NCBI RefSeq assembly: GCF_014280175.1
Contig: NZ_CP047931.1
Coordinates: forward strand, 1,920,001-1,952,000
Length of the DNA: 32,000 nt
Direction: 5' to 3'
DNA from: Synechococcus sp. A15-28
Lineage (GTDB): Bacteria > Cyanobacteriota > Cyanobacteriia > PCC-6307 > Cyanobiaceae
The position numbers were made by a program, and so were the translations under genes. Below are positions 18,965-29,054 of this stretch, one piece after another. The notes under the pieces were generated by a model. That model saw only the letters and a program-made list of their open reading frames with translations, made no database searches and had not been told where the DNA came from. Numbering within the stretch: the stretch's first letter is position 1; the number at the start of each line of letters is the position of its first letter.

Positions 18965-19615
18965 GTGTCCGATTTCTCCGTCAGGGAACTGCCCCTGTTC
19001 CCCCTGCCGGACGTCGTGTTGTTCCCGCAGCAGCTGCTGCCGCTCCATATCTTCGAATCCCGCTATCGGATGTTGCTCCAGACGGTTCTGGAGACCGATA
19101 AGCGCTTTGGGATTGTGCGAATCAACCCCGACAACGGAGAGATGGCCGAGATCGGCTGCTGTGCGGAAGTGCTTCAGCATCAGACCACCGAGGATGGACG
19201 CAGCTACATCGTCACCCTGGGGCAGCAGCGGTTCCGCGTGCTCAACATCACCCGTGAAACACCCTTCCGCTCAGCCATGGTCAGCTGGATGGAAGACGAA
19301 CCGGTCGCTGACCACACCGAGCTCAACACATTGCGCGACAAGGTCAGCTCAGCCCTAAACGATGTCTTCTCCCTCACGGCCAAGATTCAGGGTCGCGAGC
19401 CAGAACTGCCCGATGACCTCCCCGACCTACCGCGGGAACTGTCGTTCTGGATCGGAGCCCATCTCGACAACCGAGCCGCCCCTGAGCAGCAGACCCTGCT
19501 GGAGCTCAGTGACACCACAGAGCGTCTTGAGCGCCAATTCGAAATGCTGGACCACACCCGTCGCCAACTGGCGGCCCGAACTGTGCTGATGGATCTCAAG
19601 GAGCAAGACGTCTGA
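18965..19615 (+). CDS. Stand-alone LON N-terminal (substrate-binding) domain protein
   Basis: ELPLFPLPDVVLFPQQLLPLHIFESRYRMLL...FGIV is the Lon N-domain signature. It is 216 aa with no ATPase or protease domain. GTG start. Confidence 0.8.
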   Translation: MSDFSVRELPLFPLPDVVLFPQQLLPLHIFESRYRMLLQTVLETDKRFGIVRINPDNGEMAEIGCCAEVLQHQTTEDGRSYIVTLGQQRFRVLNITRETPFRSAMVSWMEDEPVADHTELNTLRDKVSSALNDVFSLTAKIQGREPELPDDLPDLPRELSFWIGAHLDNRAAPEQQTLLELSDTTERLERQFEMLDHTRRQLAARTVLMDLKEQDV

Positions 19616-20544
19616 TGTTGGCTGGACTGTTTCTCCTTGCCGGGGCTGCCGGTGCCACGGCCCTGTTGATCTGGCTGCAGCGTGATCGCCGCTATCACTC
19701 CTCAGACAGTGTTGCGGCCGCCTACGACGCATGGACCGATGACCGCCTGCTGGAACGACTCTGGGGTGATCATGTGCACCTTGGGCATTACGGCGACCCA
19801 CCAGGGCAGGTCGATTTCCGCCAGGCCAAGGAGGCCTTCGTGCACGAGCTGGTGCGCTGGAGCGGCCTCGATCAACTTCCCCGAGGCAGCCGTGTTCTGG
19901 ATGTGGGCTGCGGGATCGGCGGGAGTGCCCGGATCCTGGCCAGGGATTACGGCTTTGATGTGCTCGGTGTGAGCATCAGCCCGGCCCAGATCCGCCGCGC
20001 CACGGAACTCACCCCCGAAGGCATCACCTGTCGTTTTCAGGTGATGGACGCCCTCAACCTTCAACTGGACGACCAGCAGTTCGATGCGGTGTGGACGGTG
20101 GAGGCCGGTCCCCACATGCCCGACAAGCAGCGATTCGCCGACGAATTGCTGCGGGTGCTCCGCCCCGGTGGCCGCATCGCCGCCGCGGACTGGAACCGGA
20201 GGGATCCCCAGGACGGTGCCATGAATCGCACCGAGCGCTGGGTGATGCGCCAGCTGTTGAATCAATGGGCCCATCCGGAGTTCGCCAGCATCGCCGGCTT
20301 CCGAGCCAACCTTGAGGCCAGTCCTCACCAGCGGGGCAACATCAGCACGGCTGACTGGACTGTGGCCACGCTGCCCTCCTGGTTCGATTCGATCGCCGAG
20401 GGACTCCGCCGACCCGGTGCCGTCCTTGGCCTGGGGCCTAAGGCAGTGCTTCAGGGTTTACGGGAGACTCCAACGCTGCTGCTGATGTACTGGGCCTTTG
20501 CCACTGGGTTGATGCAGTTCGGGGTCTTTCGCCTCAGCCGCTGA
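19615..20544 (+). CDS. Class I SAM methyltransferase, MPBQ/MSBQ (2-methyl-6-phytyl/solanyl-benzoquinol) methyltransferase-like (Synechocystis sll0418 type)
   Basis: N-terminal TM helix, then SSDSVAAAYDAWTDDRLLERLWGDHVHLGHYGDPP, the SAM motif VLDVGCGIGGSARILA, EAGPHMPDK and ADWTVATLPSW. The specific assignment is from my memory of sll0418 and its gamma-TMT relatives, not from a search. Confidence 0.7.
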   Translation: MLAGLFLLAGAAGATALLIWLQRDRRYHSSDSVAAAYDAWTDDRLLERLWGDHVHLGHYGDPPGQVDFRQAKEAFVHELVRWSGLDQLPRGSRVLDVGCGIGGSARILARDYGFDVLGVSISPAQIRRATELTPEGITCRFQVMDALNLQLDDQQFDAVWTVEAGPHMPDKQRFADELLRVLRPGGRIAAADWNRRDPQDGAMNRTERWVMRQLLNQWAHPEFASIAGFRANLEASPHQRGNISTADWTVATLPSWFDSIAEGLRRPGAVLGLGPKAVLQGLRETPTLLLMYWAFATGLMQFGVFRLSR

Positions 20545-21394
20545 CCAGCTCACTGCTGGGATAGGCCCCGAAGTGCGCCAGATGCTCACAAAGGGGTGAC
20601 AGCGCCGCAACCAAGGTGCTCAGCGCTTTGGGCTGGTGCTGCGGCAGATCCACATCAACGAAAAACACGTACTCCCCCAACTCACGCTTGGAGGGACGCG
20701 ATTCAATCCGGCTCATATTGAGCCCGTGTTCCGCCAGGCAGGCCAGAGCTTCCAGCAGAGCACCGGGGGCATTGCGATGCAACGAGAAGGCCAGGCTGGC
20801 CACATCGCCTTCCAGGCGTCGTTCACCGCGGTGGAGCAGCAGAAAACGGGTGCGATTGCCCGCAACATCGTTCACCGGATACGCCAGTTCCTGCAGTCCA
20901 TGCTCCCGGCCGGCATTGCGGGAGGCGATCGCCGCGCGGAAGCGGCTGCCCGCCACCATCCGCGCCGCTTCGGCGGTTGAGGAGGTGGGTAGTTGCAGAG
21001 CCTGAGGCAACCGTTCGGCCAGCCAACCGGAACACTGCGCCAGGGCCTGAGGGTGAGACAGTACTTCGGTGACGTCCTCCAACGATCCACTGCCATGCAG
21101 GGCATGACGGATCGGCAGCACAAGGGCGCGGCGGATGCAGAGGTCGGAATGGGCCCAGAGCGCATCTAGCGTGGCCGTGACTCCACCTTCAACGGAGTTC
21201 TCCACAGGGACCACCGCCGCATCAGCCCCTGCCTGGGCCAGGCACTCCACCACGGCCCGCAGGCCTGCGCATGGCAGAAAGCTCACCTCCGAAAGCCCTT
21301 CCAGATCGGCAAGGGCTCGACTGGCCTGCTCGCCATAGGTCCCAGCAGGGCCGAGGTAGGCGATGCGGGTGGGCATCGGAGGCAGGGACAACAC
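20534..21394 (-). CDS. pheA: Prephenate dehydratase
   Basis: IAYLGPAGTYGEQA, a TRF-containing catalytic region and the ACT domain ESRPSKRELGEYVFFVDV. The ATG at 21376 (MPTRIAYLGP) is the more likely start. Confidence 0.9.
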   Translation of the reverse strand: MLSLPPMPTRIAYLGPAGTYGEQASRALADLEGLSEVSFLPCAGLRAVVECLAQAGADAAVVPVENSVEGGVTATLDALWAHSDLCIRRALVLPIRHALHGSGSLEDVTEVLSHPQALAQCSGWLAERLPQALQLPTSSTAEAARMVAGSRFRAAIASRNAGREHGLQELAYPVNDVAGNRTRFLLLHRGERRLEGDVASLAFSLHRNAPGALLEALACLAEHGLNMSRIESRPSKRELGEYVFFVDVDLPQHQPKALSTLVAALSPLCEHLAHFGAYPSSELVSG

Positions 21395-21405
21395 TGGATA
21401 GGATC

Positions 21406-21993
21406 ATGCCCTGTCGGGAGATGGTCATGCCCCTGGCCTTCTGTGCCAGCCAGCGCCTTGATCTACCCGTGAAGCGCCTGAGCGAGCGGCTGCCGGAGTA
21501 CCTCCAGCAGGAAGAACGGGTGATCGCTTCCCTGCTGGATCCAAGTCAATTGACGCGATTGGCTCCGGGCACCTATCGCTACACCGTCACCAGCCTGCAG
21601 GTGTTTCAACTGCAGGTGAAACCCGTCGTCTCCCTCGAGATCGAAACCGAGGGGGGCACGATGACGATGCGAGCACTGGACTGTGAGCTGGAGGGCCTTG
21701 GAATCGTCGATGACTTCAACCTCACCCTGGAAGCCCGATTGAGTTGCGCCAGCAAGGGCCTCAGCGGTGATGCCCGCCTGGAGGTTCAGGTCAGCCAACC
21801 ACCACTGTTGCGACTGATTCCTCGGCGCGTTCTGGAAACCACAGGGGAATCGATTCTCAGCGGAATTCTGCTGGGCATCAAAACGCGGGTGGGGCAGCAG
21901 CTGATTGCAGATTTCAAGCGTTGGTGCAGCGAGACGCCCGCCCTCACATCACCCCAGCAGGCGGCGGAGAAAGCTGCGGCGATGCAGAGCTGA
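21406..21993 (+). CDS. DUF1997-family protein
   Basis: The pattern [42 protein letters not shown]...LQVKPVV...[22 protein letters not shown] matches cyanobacterial/plastid DUF1997 as I recall it. The track ORF start (21271) would overlap pheA; ATG 21406 or 21427 is more plausible. Confidence 0.65.
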   Translation: MPCREMVMPLAFCASQRLDLPVKRLSERLPEYLQQEERVIASLLDPSQLTRLAPGTYRYTVTSLQVFQLQVKPVVSLEIETEGGTMTMRALDCELEGLGIVDDFNLTLEARLSCASKGLSGDARLEVQVSQPPLLRLIPRRVLETTGESILSGILLGIKTRVGQQLIADFKRWCSETPALTSPQQAAEKAAAMQS

Positions 21994-22605
21994 AGGCCCG
22001 AGATCAAGCAGAGCTTGGCGATGTTGGGCTGTTCCGTAACCTGCATGGCGTTCCAGGCCGTAGCCGGCAAACCGTCGAGACAGACGCTGAATCAACGCAT
22101 CCCGGCTCTGTTTCGCGATCACGCTGGCAGCCGCGATGGCCGGAGAGTGCTGATCGCCAGCCACGATGCTGCGTTGTTCACCAAGCCAGGGCCGCAGGGG
22201 CAGATTTCCATCCACCAGCACCAGCTCCGGTCGATGCGGCAGCCGCTGCAGAGCCCGCAGCATCGCCAATTCAGTGGCAGGACGAATGCCCAGGAGATCG
22301 ATCTCTCGTGCCGAAGCCTGACCCAGTCCCCAGGCGTCAGCCTCCCTTTCGATCAACGGCACCAGGTTCTCCCGCCGGCGTGCGGACAACCGCTTGCTGT
22401 CGGTGAGCCCCGCCTGCTGAAGACGGCCGGCATTGTCCGCCTCCAACACAACAGCCCCGGCGAAGACGGGGCCGAACAGGCAGCCCCGGCCCACCTCATC
22501 CACCCCGGCGACACCGCGGTGGCAGGGGATCGAATCAATCAGGAGAGCTGGCGGCCGAAGACCGACGCCGGCGGCGGCGAGGTTCTTCAGGATCGGGGTC
22601 TTCAT
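21949..22605 (-). CDS. rnhB: Ribonuclease HII
   Basis: [29 protein letters not shown] and HRRSF near the C-terminus. Start is uncertain: ATG 22605 or 22635 both overlap the rne 3' end. Confidence 0.9.
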   Translation of the reverse strand: MKTPILKNLAAAGVGLRPPALLIDSIPCHRGVAGVDEVGRGCLFGPVFAGAVVLEADNAGRLQQAGLTDSKRLSARRRENLVPLIEREADAWGLGQASAREIDLLGIRPATELAMLRALQRLPHRPELVLVDGNLPLRPWLGEQRSIVAGDQHSPAIAAASVIAKQSRDALIQRLSRRFAGYGLERHAGYGTAQHRQALLDLGPSALHRRSFLRRLLG

Positions 22606-24502
22606 CGACGGCCTTGGGCGCCTCAACAACAACATCCGTCACAGGAGTTGGCGCTGGGGTTGGGGTTGGCGCCACCTCATCCAGGACCACGGTTTGAACC
22701 GCCTCAAGGGGCGTGATTTCAACCATTAACAGCTGGTCCTCGACCACCGCTGGTCGCTCCGCCTCAGACACGGCCGGAGTCTCGAGCGACGTGGAGGACG
22801 ACGTTCCTCCGTTTCCACGGGAGGCAGCACGACCTCCACGACCGCCGCGGCGGCGGCGGCGACCTGCCGTCGCGGCCAACTGCTGACGGGCCTGCTCGAG
22901 CACAGCCTCGGTGTCTTCGCCGGGCCGGACCACCCGCACCATCACATTCTCGGATTCCGGGGGGTCATCCAGGAGAAGGATCGGATTCAGGCCAAGGGTT
23001 CCGTAGACCTCCTCCTGCTCCGGGGTCATGGGCACCGCCACCAGTTCCGGATCCTGGCGACGGGCGAGAGCGGGTTCCTGCGCCTCCTGCGTGGAGACCT
23101 CTGGAGCCTCGGTTCCATCGGTGTCACTCAGCACCGGCAGGTTGTCCTGGGCGGCACGCCCTCGGCCGCCACGACGACGTCGCCCGTTACTGGCGGTCTC
23201 AACGGGAGCGGCCACTTGCGCGCGGGCCGACGCTGCGGACCGCACCAGTCCTGTCGCTGTTGCCAGAGGCTGGAGCAGATCCTTGCCCGGCAGGACCGCC
23301 ACATGACCGAGGCCACCGCAACTGGGGCAGGCACGACCGAACAGCTCATAAATGTTCTGCCCCTGGCGTTTGCGGGTCAGTTCCACCAGACCCAGCTCCG
23401 TCAACTGCGCGATCTGCGGTCGCGCAGCGTCATCACGGACCGCCGTCGTGAAGTGCTCCAGCAGCTGCAGCTGATCCCGGCGGGAATCCATATCGATGAA
23501 ATCGATGATGATCACGCCGCCGATGTTGCGCAGCTTCAGCTGGCGGGCGATCTCGATGGCGGCCTCACAATTGGTCCACAACACCGTTTCCCGTGCATTG
23601 GCGGACCGGGTGAAGGAGCCCGAGTTCACGTCAATGACGGTGAGAGCCTCCGTGGGCTCGATGATCACGTAGCCCCCTGAAGGGAGATCGACCCGCGGTT
23701 TCAGCGCATCACGGATCGCAGCGTTGACCTTGAAGTGCTCCAACAGCTCGCTCGGCTCGCTGTGGGCCTCCACCTGAACCTTGTCTGCTTCGGCGCCGAG
23801 AAAACCGGTGACGCGGGCGACGGCGGCGGGCTCGTCCACCACCACCCGGGCCAGGTCCGGACCGGTGTGATCCCGCAGGATTCGGTTGATGAAATCCTCG
23901 TCCCGATTGAGCAGCACCGGGGGCGTCGCCGTCTCGGCCGCCTGCTGAATCGCTTCCCACTGCCGCAGAAGGGATTCGAGATCATCAATCAGCTGATCCT
24001 CGGCAATGCCATCGGCTTCGGTGCGAATCAGCAACCCCGCTCCGGGGGGCTTGATCAGCACGCCGAGAGCCCGAAGGCGATTGCGCTCGGCCTCAGAACT
24101 GATCCGGCGCGAGATGTTCACCCCCTGTCCGTGGGGCTGCAGCACCAGATAGCGCCCGGGGAGCGCCAGATTGCCGGTGAGTCGAGGCCCCTTGGTGCCG
24201 GTGGGCTCCTTCATCACCTGCACCAACACCTTCTGGCGTGGTTCCAGCAGTTCGGTGATGCCGGCCGACCCTTTTTTCAGCCGCAGTGGGCCCAGATCCG
24301 TGACGTGGATGAACCCGTTCTTTTCACTTTCGCCGATGTTGACGAAGGCCGCATCTATACCAGGAAGAACGTTCTCGACGGTGCCGAGATAAACATCGCC
24401 GATCTGGTAGCGACCTTGGGCAACGATCAGTTCATCAACCCGTTCATCGGTCAGCACCGCAGCGATGCGCAGCTGCTCCGCAATGACAATTTGCTGGGGC
24501 AT
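22535..24502 (-). CDS. rne: Ribonuclease E
   Basis: S1 domain [23 protein letters not shown], catalytic core, Zn-link CPSCGGLG and an Arg-rich disordered C-terminal half. It ends with [14 protein letters not shown], the cyanobacterial C-terminal nonapeptide. Confidence 0.95.
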   Translation of the reverse strand: MPQQIVIAEQLRIAAVLTDERVDELIVAQGRYQIGDVYLGTVENVLPGIDAAFVNIGESEKNGFIHVTDLGPLRLKKGSAGITELLEPRQKVLVQVMKEPTGTKGPRLTGNLALPGRYLVLQPHGQGVNISRRISSEAERNRLRALGVLIKPPGAGLLIRTEADGIAEDQLIDDLESLLRQWEAIQQAAETATPPVLLNRDEDFINRILRDHTGPDLARVVVDEPAAVARVTGFLGAEADKVQVEAHSEPSELLEHFKVNAAIRDALKPRVDLPSGGYVIIEPTEALTVIDVNSGSFTRSANARETVLWTNCEAAIEIARQLKLRNIGGVIIIDFIDMDSRRDQLQLLEHFTTAVRDDAARPQIAQLTELGLVELTRKRQGQNIYELFGRACPSCGGLGHVAVLPGKDLLQPLATATGLVRSAASARAQVAAPVETASNGRRRRGGRGRAAQDNLPVLSDTDGTEAPEVSTQEAQEPALARRQDPELVAVPMTPEQEEVYGTLGLNPILLLDDPPESENVMVRVVRPGEDTEAVLEQARQQLAATAGRRRRRGGRGGRAASRGNGGTSSSTSLETPAVSEAERPAVVEDQLLMVEITPLEAVQTVVLDEVAPTPTPAPTPVTDVVVEAPKAVDEDPDPEEPRRRRRRSSAASSPD

Positions 24503-24752
24503 AAATGGTCGTGCAAGCCCACGCGAGGCTCAAAATCCCATCAGCCGACATCCGCCGCGCTGCAGGGGTGGTTAGGGATGGATGGACCGATGAAGGTCGA
24601 AATGTTGCGGAGTCGAAACTCCTCTGGAACGCGCTCGAAGGAATTGGGTTCTGAACGGACCGTCGCTCGAGCGATGGACCTCGATATCCGATAGCGGATC
24701 AGGCAAGACCGGAACAGGACGAGACAGAAATGCCCGCTGTTCTGTAGTCAAA
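24503..24752 (-). promoter_or_regulatory. Long (249 nt) intergenic region and leader upstream of rne containing several hairpins
   Basis: On the rne strand: GGAGU-UUCG-ACUCC, AUCCG-CUAU-CGGAU, the palindrome UCGCUCGAGCGA, and ACAGAA-N10-UUCUGU right after the upstream stop. No convincing -10/-35 was identified. Confidence 0.4.
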
Positions 24753-27407
24753 TTAGCACTCAGCCAGTTGCAAAGCCTCACGACGCAGATCGTGCAGTTG
24801 CAGCGGCACACCGAGCTCAGCTTCCAGCCAGTGCTTGATCTGGGAGGGACGGATGCTGCGCCCCATGGGATCCACCGCGGCCTCGAGCCGCAACCTCACC
24901 TGCTGGTCATCCCCAGGGCTGACCAAAATCAACGCGCGCAGGGCCGGCCGGCAGTCCCGCTCGCGGGGGCGACCTTTCTTATCGGTGTCATGCCAGATCA
25001 ATTGCTCAGCAGCCATGAGGGCCTCAACGGCCTCAGACCAGCGGGGATGCACCTCAGGCTGCAGCTGGAGATCGAAACTCCAAACAGCACCGGTGATGTT
25101 CTGGGACAGGCTCTTGCCGCTGACCGGCACCTCCTCCGCTGAGAGCAAGGCCAGACCGTTCGGCAGCAGACCTTGCAGCGACGCAAGCAACTGCTCACCC
25201 GTGATGCTTCTGGTGAACTCGAGATCCATCCACTCGCCATCCGCTTCTGCCCCCAGCGGCAGTGCCAGGGCGATCTGGATCCGTGGAAGCGGATGAAATC
25301 CACCGGTGAAGCTGATCGGCAGGGCACTGCGGCGCAGAGCCCGCTCCACCATCCGCATCAAATCGAGATGGCTGAGCAGGGCCATCGAGCCGGTCTTGGC
25401 GAAACGGATCCGCAAGCGGCAGACCCTGTCACTGGCGGGGGCCTGTGTGGGCAGCTGTGTTGGCACCGCCGGGGGAGGCACCACCACGTTGTGGCCGAGA
25501 TCCGGCCCGCAAACCCCGCAGCTGCTGCAACCGTCAAAGGAGCAGTCCGGCACCACCGCCGCCGCCAGAGCCCGTTTCAGATCCTCTGCCAACCAACTCT
25601 TGTCGATGCCGGTGTCGATGTGATCCCAGGGCAGCGGCTGAGCGCAGAAGCTGTCGAGGTCCTGCCGATCCAAAGCCGTCACGGCGCTCCAACCACCCAC
25701 CTCCATGTCGCGGTAACGCCCCTCCAGGCCAGCAGCGGCAATGGCCCCGGTCCAGGCGGCATAGGCGCGGTCCTGGGATTCAAACCAGGCATCCATCCCC
25801 GCTCCAGCCCGCCAGGCGGCCTCGATCACCGGCGCCAGGCGACGATCGCTGCGGCCGACGAAATCCTCCATGGCCGACAGCCTCACGTCGGTGAAATTCA
25901 CCTTCACCCCACGCAAGCGCTTGAAAGCCCCACGCAATAAGTCCTGACGCCGGATGAACTCATCGGTGGAGACGCTGTGCCACTGGAACGGCGTGTGGGG
26001 CTTCGGCGTGAAATTGCTGATGGTGATGTTCAGGTTCAGCCGCCCCAGATCACGGCAGCGCTGCTGAAGCATCACGCAGGTGTCGACGATCCCGAGCACG
26101 TCGGCATCGATTTCCCCCGGCAAGCCGATCATGAAGTAGAGCTTCACCTTGCGATAGCCGTTCTCCATGGCGGTGCGAATGCCATGGAGCAGGTCGTCAT
26201 CGGTCAGGCCTTTGTTGACGATGTCCCGCAGACGCTGGGTGCCGGCTTCAGGCGCGAAGGTGAGTCCGGCCTGGCGCGTTCCACCCAGGATGTGGGCGAT
26301 GTCTTGATCAAATCGGTCCACCCGCTGGCTCGGCAGCTGCAGGGTCACGTTCTGGTCCGCCAGACGGTTGCGCAGCTCCACCCCCACCGCTGGCAGGGCC
26401 AGGTAATCGCTGCAGCTGAGCGACAGCAGCGAGAAGTCGCTGTAGCCGGTCCGTTTCATCCCGGTTTCCACGGCCTCGATCACCGCTTCCGGCTCCACAT
26501 CCCGTGCCGGCCTGGTGAGCATTCCGGGCTGACAGAAGCGGCAGCCGCGGGTGCAGCCGCGGCGAATCTCCACGGTGAGCCGGTCGTGCACCGTTTCCAC
26601 ATGGGGCACCAGGCCCATGGCGTAGTGCGGCATCGGCGTCGCCACCCGGCGCAGCACCCGGCGCGGCAACTCAGGATGCAGGGGCTGCAGGGTGACGCCG
26701 TCGTCGCCTGGTTCATACAGCGACGGGACGTAAACCCCGGGAACCTGAGCCAGATCCCGCAGCAGTTGTGAACGGCTCAGGCCCTCGGCCTTGGCCTGAG
26801 CCACCACCAGCCCGATCTCGGGCAGCAGTTCCTCACCATCCCCCAGGGCGATGAAATCGAAGAACGGGGCATAGGGCTCGGGGTTGCTTGTGGCCGTAGG
26901 ACCACCGGCAAAGATCAGCGGAGGTGCCGCCGGATCAGTGAGGGGGAGATCACCGCGGTCTGATGCATGCAGCGGCACCCGGCACAGATCCAGCATCTCC
27001 AGGATGTTGGTGGCACCCAGCTCGTAACTCAGGCTGAAGCCGAGGATGTCGAAGGCTGGCAAGGGTCGGCGGCTTTCCACGCCGAAGAGGGCCTGCTCCT
27101 GCTCCCGCAGTCGGGCCGCCAGATCGGCCGCCGGCAGATAAGCCCGATCACAGAGCTGACCGGGGACCGCATTGAGGATCGAATAAAGAATGATGTGGCC
27201 CAGGTTGCTTGAGCCCACCTCGTAGATCTCGGGATAGGTGAGAGCCCAACGCACCTGAGCCGCCTGCCAATCCCGCGGCTCGACACCAAGCTCATGGCCC
27301 ATGTAGCGGGCGGGCTTGTTGATGCCGCTGTCCACCAGCTGGTGAAAATCAACCGGGTGATCCGGGGCAGACACGACCACGACGGATGTCCTCACACCTG
27401 ACGTCAT
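24753..27407 (-). CDS. Radical SAM protein with B12-binding-like N-domain, fused to a DUF2344-like C-terminal domain (TIGR03960 + TIGR03936 type fusion)
   Basis: [14 protein letters not shown]-terminal motif and radical SAM cluster [11 protein letters not shown]. The C-terminal ~230 aa begin [43 protein letters not shown], typical of DUF2344. 884 aa. Confidence 0.8.
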   Translation of the reverse strand: MTSGVRTSVVVVSAPDHPVDFHQLVDSGINKPARYMGHELGVEPRDWQAAQVRWALTYPEIYEVGSSNLGHIILYSILNAVPGQLCDRAYLPAADLAARLREQEQALFGVESRRPLPAFDILGFSLSYELGATNILEMLDLCRVPLHASDRGDLPLTDPAAPPLIFAGGPTATSNPEPYAPFFDFIALGDGEELLPEIGLVVAQAKAEGLSRSQLLRDLAQVPGVYVPSLYEPGDDGVTLQPLHPELPRRVLRRVATPMPHYAMGLVPHVETVHDRLTVEIRRGCTRGCRFCQPGMLTRPARDVEPEAVIEAVETGMKRTGYSDFSLLSLSCSDYLALPAVGVELRNRLADQNVTLQLPSQRVDRFDQDIAHILGGTRQAGLTFAPEAGTQRLRDIVNKGLTDDDLLHGIRTAMENGYRKVKLYFMIGLPGEIDADVLGIVDTCVMLQQRCRDLGRLNLNITISNFTPKPHTPFQWHSVSTDEFIRRQDLLRGAFKRLRGVKVNFTDVRLSAMEDFVGRSDRRLAPVIEAAWRAGAGMDAWFESQDRAYAAWTGAIAAAGLEGRYRDMEVGGWSAVTALDRQDLDSFCAQPLPWDHIDTGIDKSWLAEDLKRALAAAVVPDCSFDGCSSCGVCGPDLGHNVVVPPPAVPTQLPTQAPASDRVCRLRIRFAKTGSMALLSHLDLMRMVERALRRSALPISFTGGFHPLPRIQIALALPLGAEADGEWMDLEFTRSITGEQLLASLQGLLPNGLALLSAEEVPVSGKSLSQNITGAVWSFDLQLQPEVHPRWSEAVEALMAAEQLIWHDTDKKGRPRERDCRPALRALILVSPGDDQQVRLRLEAAVDPMGRSIRPSQIKHWLEAELGVPLQLHDLRREALQLAEC

Positions 27408-27460
27408 CGTATGGAGCGGTCGACAGGGCAGGATGCACCCGCAGAAACCCCTTCGGTTCC

Positions 27461-28687
27461 GTGGTGCAGGTCAACGGCAATTACCTCAGACTCAAAGCGG
27501 GCTACCTGTTCCCGGAAATCGGACGTCGGGTCAAAGCCTTCAGCGCCGCCAACCCAGATGCTGCACTGATCCGCCTGGGCATCGGCGATGTGACGGAGCC
27601 GCTTCCACTGGCCTGTCGCGAAGCGATGAAAGCCGCCATTGATGCCATGGGCACCGCCGAAGGTTTTCACGGTTACGGTCCCGAGCAGGGCTATGGCTGG
27701 CTGCGCGAGGCGATCGCCAAGCAGGACTTCCAGGCCCGCGGATGCGATATCAGCGCCGAAGAGATCTTCGTCTCCGACGGCTCCAAATGCGACAGCAGCA
27801 ACATTCTCGACATCCTCGGGGAGGGCAATCGCATCGCCGTGACCGATCCGGTGTACCCCGTTTACGTGGACACCAACGTGATGGCTGGCCGCACCGGTGA
27901 GGCCGGAGATGAAGGCCGCTACGCGGGTCTCACCTACCTGCCGATCAGCGCCGACAACGGCTTTGCCGCCCAGATCCCAAGCGAGCCTGTGGATCTGATC
28001 TATCTGTGCTTCCCCAACAACCCCACCGGAGCGGTGGCCACAAAGGAACAGCTGAAAGCCTGGGTGGATTACGCCCGCAGCAACGGCGCCCTGATCCTGT
28101 TTGATGCCGCTTACGAAGCCTTCATTCAGGATCCGAGCCTCCCCCATTCGATCTTTGAGATCGAAGGCGCACGCGACTGCGCCATGGAATTCCGTTCCTT
28201 CTCCAAGAACGCCGGCTTCACTGGCACGCGCTGTGCTTTCACCGTGGTACCCAAAGGCCTGAAGGGCAAAGCCGCCAACGGAGAGGACGTGGAGCTTTGG
28301 GGCCTGTGGAACCGTCGCCAGAGCACCAAGTTCAACGGCGTCAGCTACATCATTCAGCGTGGTGCAGAAGCGGTGTACTCCGAAGCTGGCCAGGCGGAAG
28401 TGAAGGGCCTGGTGAACTTCTACATGGAGAACGCCGCCATCATCCGCCGGGAGCTCAGTGCTGCCGGTCTCACCATCTACGGGGGCGAGCACGCGCCTTA
28501 CGTCTGGATCAAGACCCCTGACGGCATGGACTCCTGGGGCTTCTTTGACCACATGCTCAACAAAGCGAACGTGGTGGGCACACCCGGCAGTGGCTTCGGC
28601 GCCGCTGGGGAGGGCTACTTCCGCCTGTCCGCCTTCAACAGCCGTGCCAACGTGGATGCTGCGATGGCTCGGATCAAAGCCCTCTGA
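27461..28687 (+). CDS. dapL: LL-diaminopimelate aminotransferase
   Basis: (M)[39 protein letters not shown], the PLP-lysine region [13 protein letters not shown], and 408 aa from GTG 27461. The track start at 27386 adds a non-conserved extension. Confidence 0.92.
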   Translation: MVQVNGNYLRLKAGYLFPEIGRRVKAFSAANPDAALIRLGIGDVTEPLPLACREAMKAAIDAMGTAEGFHGYGPEQGYGWLREAIAKQDFQARGCDISAEEIFVSDGSKCDSSNILDILGEGNRIAVTDPVYPVYVDTNVMAGRTGEAGDEGRYAGLTYLPISADNGFAAQIPSEPVDLIYLCFPNNPTGAVATKEQLKAWVDYARSNGALILFDAAYEAFIQDPSLPHSIFEIEGARDCAMEFRSFSKNAGFTGTRCAFTVVPKGLKGKAANGEDVELWGLWNRRQSTKFNGVSYIIQRGAEAVYSEAGQAEVKGLVNFYMENAAIIRRELSAAGLTIYGGEHAPYVWIKTPDGMDSWGFFDHMLNKANVVGTPGSGFGAAGEGYFRLSAFNSRANVDAAMARIKAL

Positions 28688-28733
28688 GCAGGTTGTGCAT
28701 CGATTCCCTTTAGATTTGGATCAACCGAACACC

Positions 28734-29054
28734 ATGGCTATGGCGGTGGATACACCGACCCGTTCCCCCGGTGGAGCTGCGGTGATGGAAAAGGCCCCGG
28801 AACGGGTCCGCAAACCATCACCGCGCTACAAGGTGCTGCTCCACAACGATCCGGTGAACACCATGGAATACGTGGTGAGCACTTTGCGTCAGGTGGTGCC
28901 ACAACTCAGTGAGCAGGACGCCATGGCCGTGATGATGGAGGCTCACAACACCGGCGTCGGCCTTGTGATCGTGTGTGATCTCGAGCCGGCCGAGTTTTAT
29001 TGCGAGACCCTGAAAGCCAAGGGCCTCACCAGCACGATCGAGCCGGAAAACTGA
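28734..29054 (+). CDS. clpS: ATP-dependent Clp protease adaptor ClpS
   Basis: YKVLLHNDPVNTMEYVVSTLRQVVPQLSEQDAMAVMMEAHNTGVGLVIVCDLEPAEFY. ATG 28734 follows the dapL stop; the track ORF from 28458 overlaps dapL. Confidence 0.92.
   Translation: MAMAVDTPTRSPGGAAVMEKAPERVRKPSPRYKVLLHNDPVNTMEYVVSTLRQVVPQLSEQDAMAVMMEAHNTGVGLVIVCDLEPAEFYCETLKAKGLTSTIEPEN

Noticed and set aside
20925-20932. HIP1 palindrome GCGATCGC (also at 27710-27717), considered as a repeat family; also a general scan for CRISPR arrays, IS elements and MITEs
   Set aside because: I found only two exact HIP1 copies by eye, both inside coding sequence. I saw no spaced direct repeats, terminal inverted repeats, transposase or integrase anywhere in the window.
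24520-24560. Short upstream ORF (about 35 codons) in the rne leader, considered as a separate coding feature
   Set aside because: It is below any reasonable length or conservation evidence and its composition is unremarkable. It is kept only as a note within the leader finding.
23735-28552. Plus- and minus-strand ORFs 23735..24694, 25173..25940, 25977..26771 and 27404..28552. Also 12218..13066 and 19702..20328 elsewhere in the window.
   Set aside because: Each lies antisense to a recognisable conserved gene (rne, radical SAM, dapL, glycosidase, methyltransferase) and lacks any motif.
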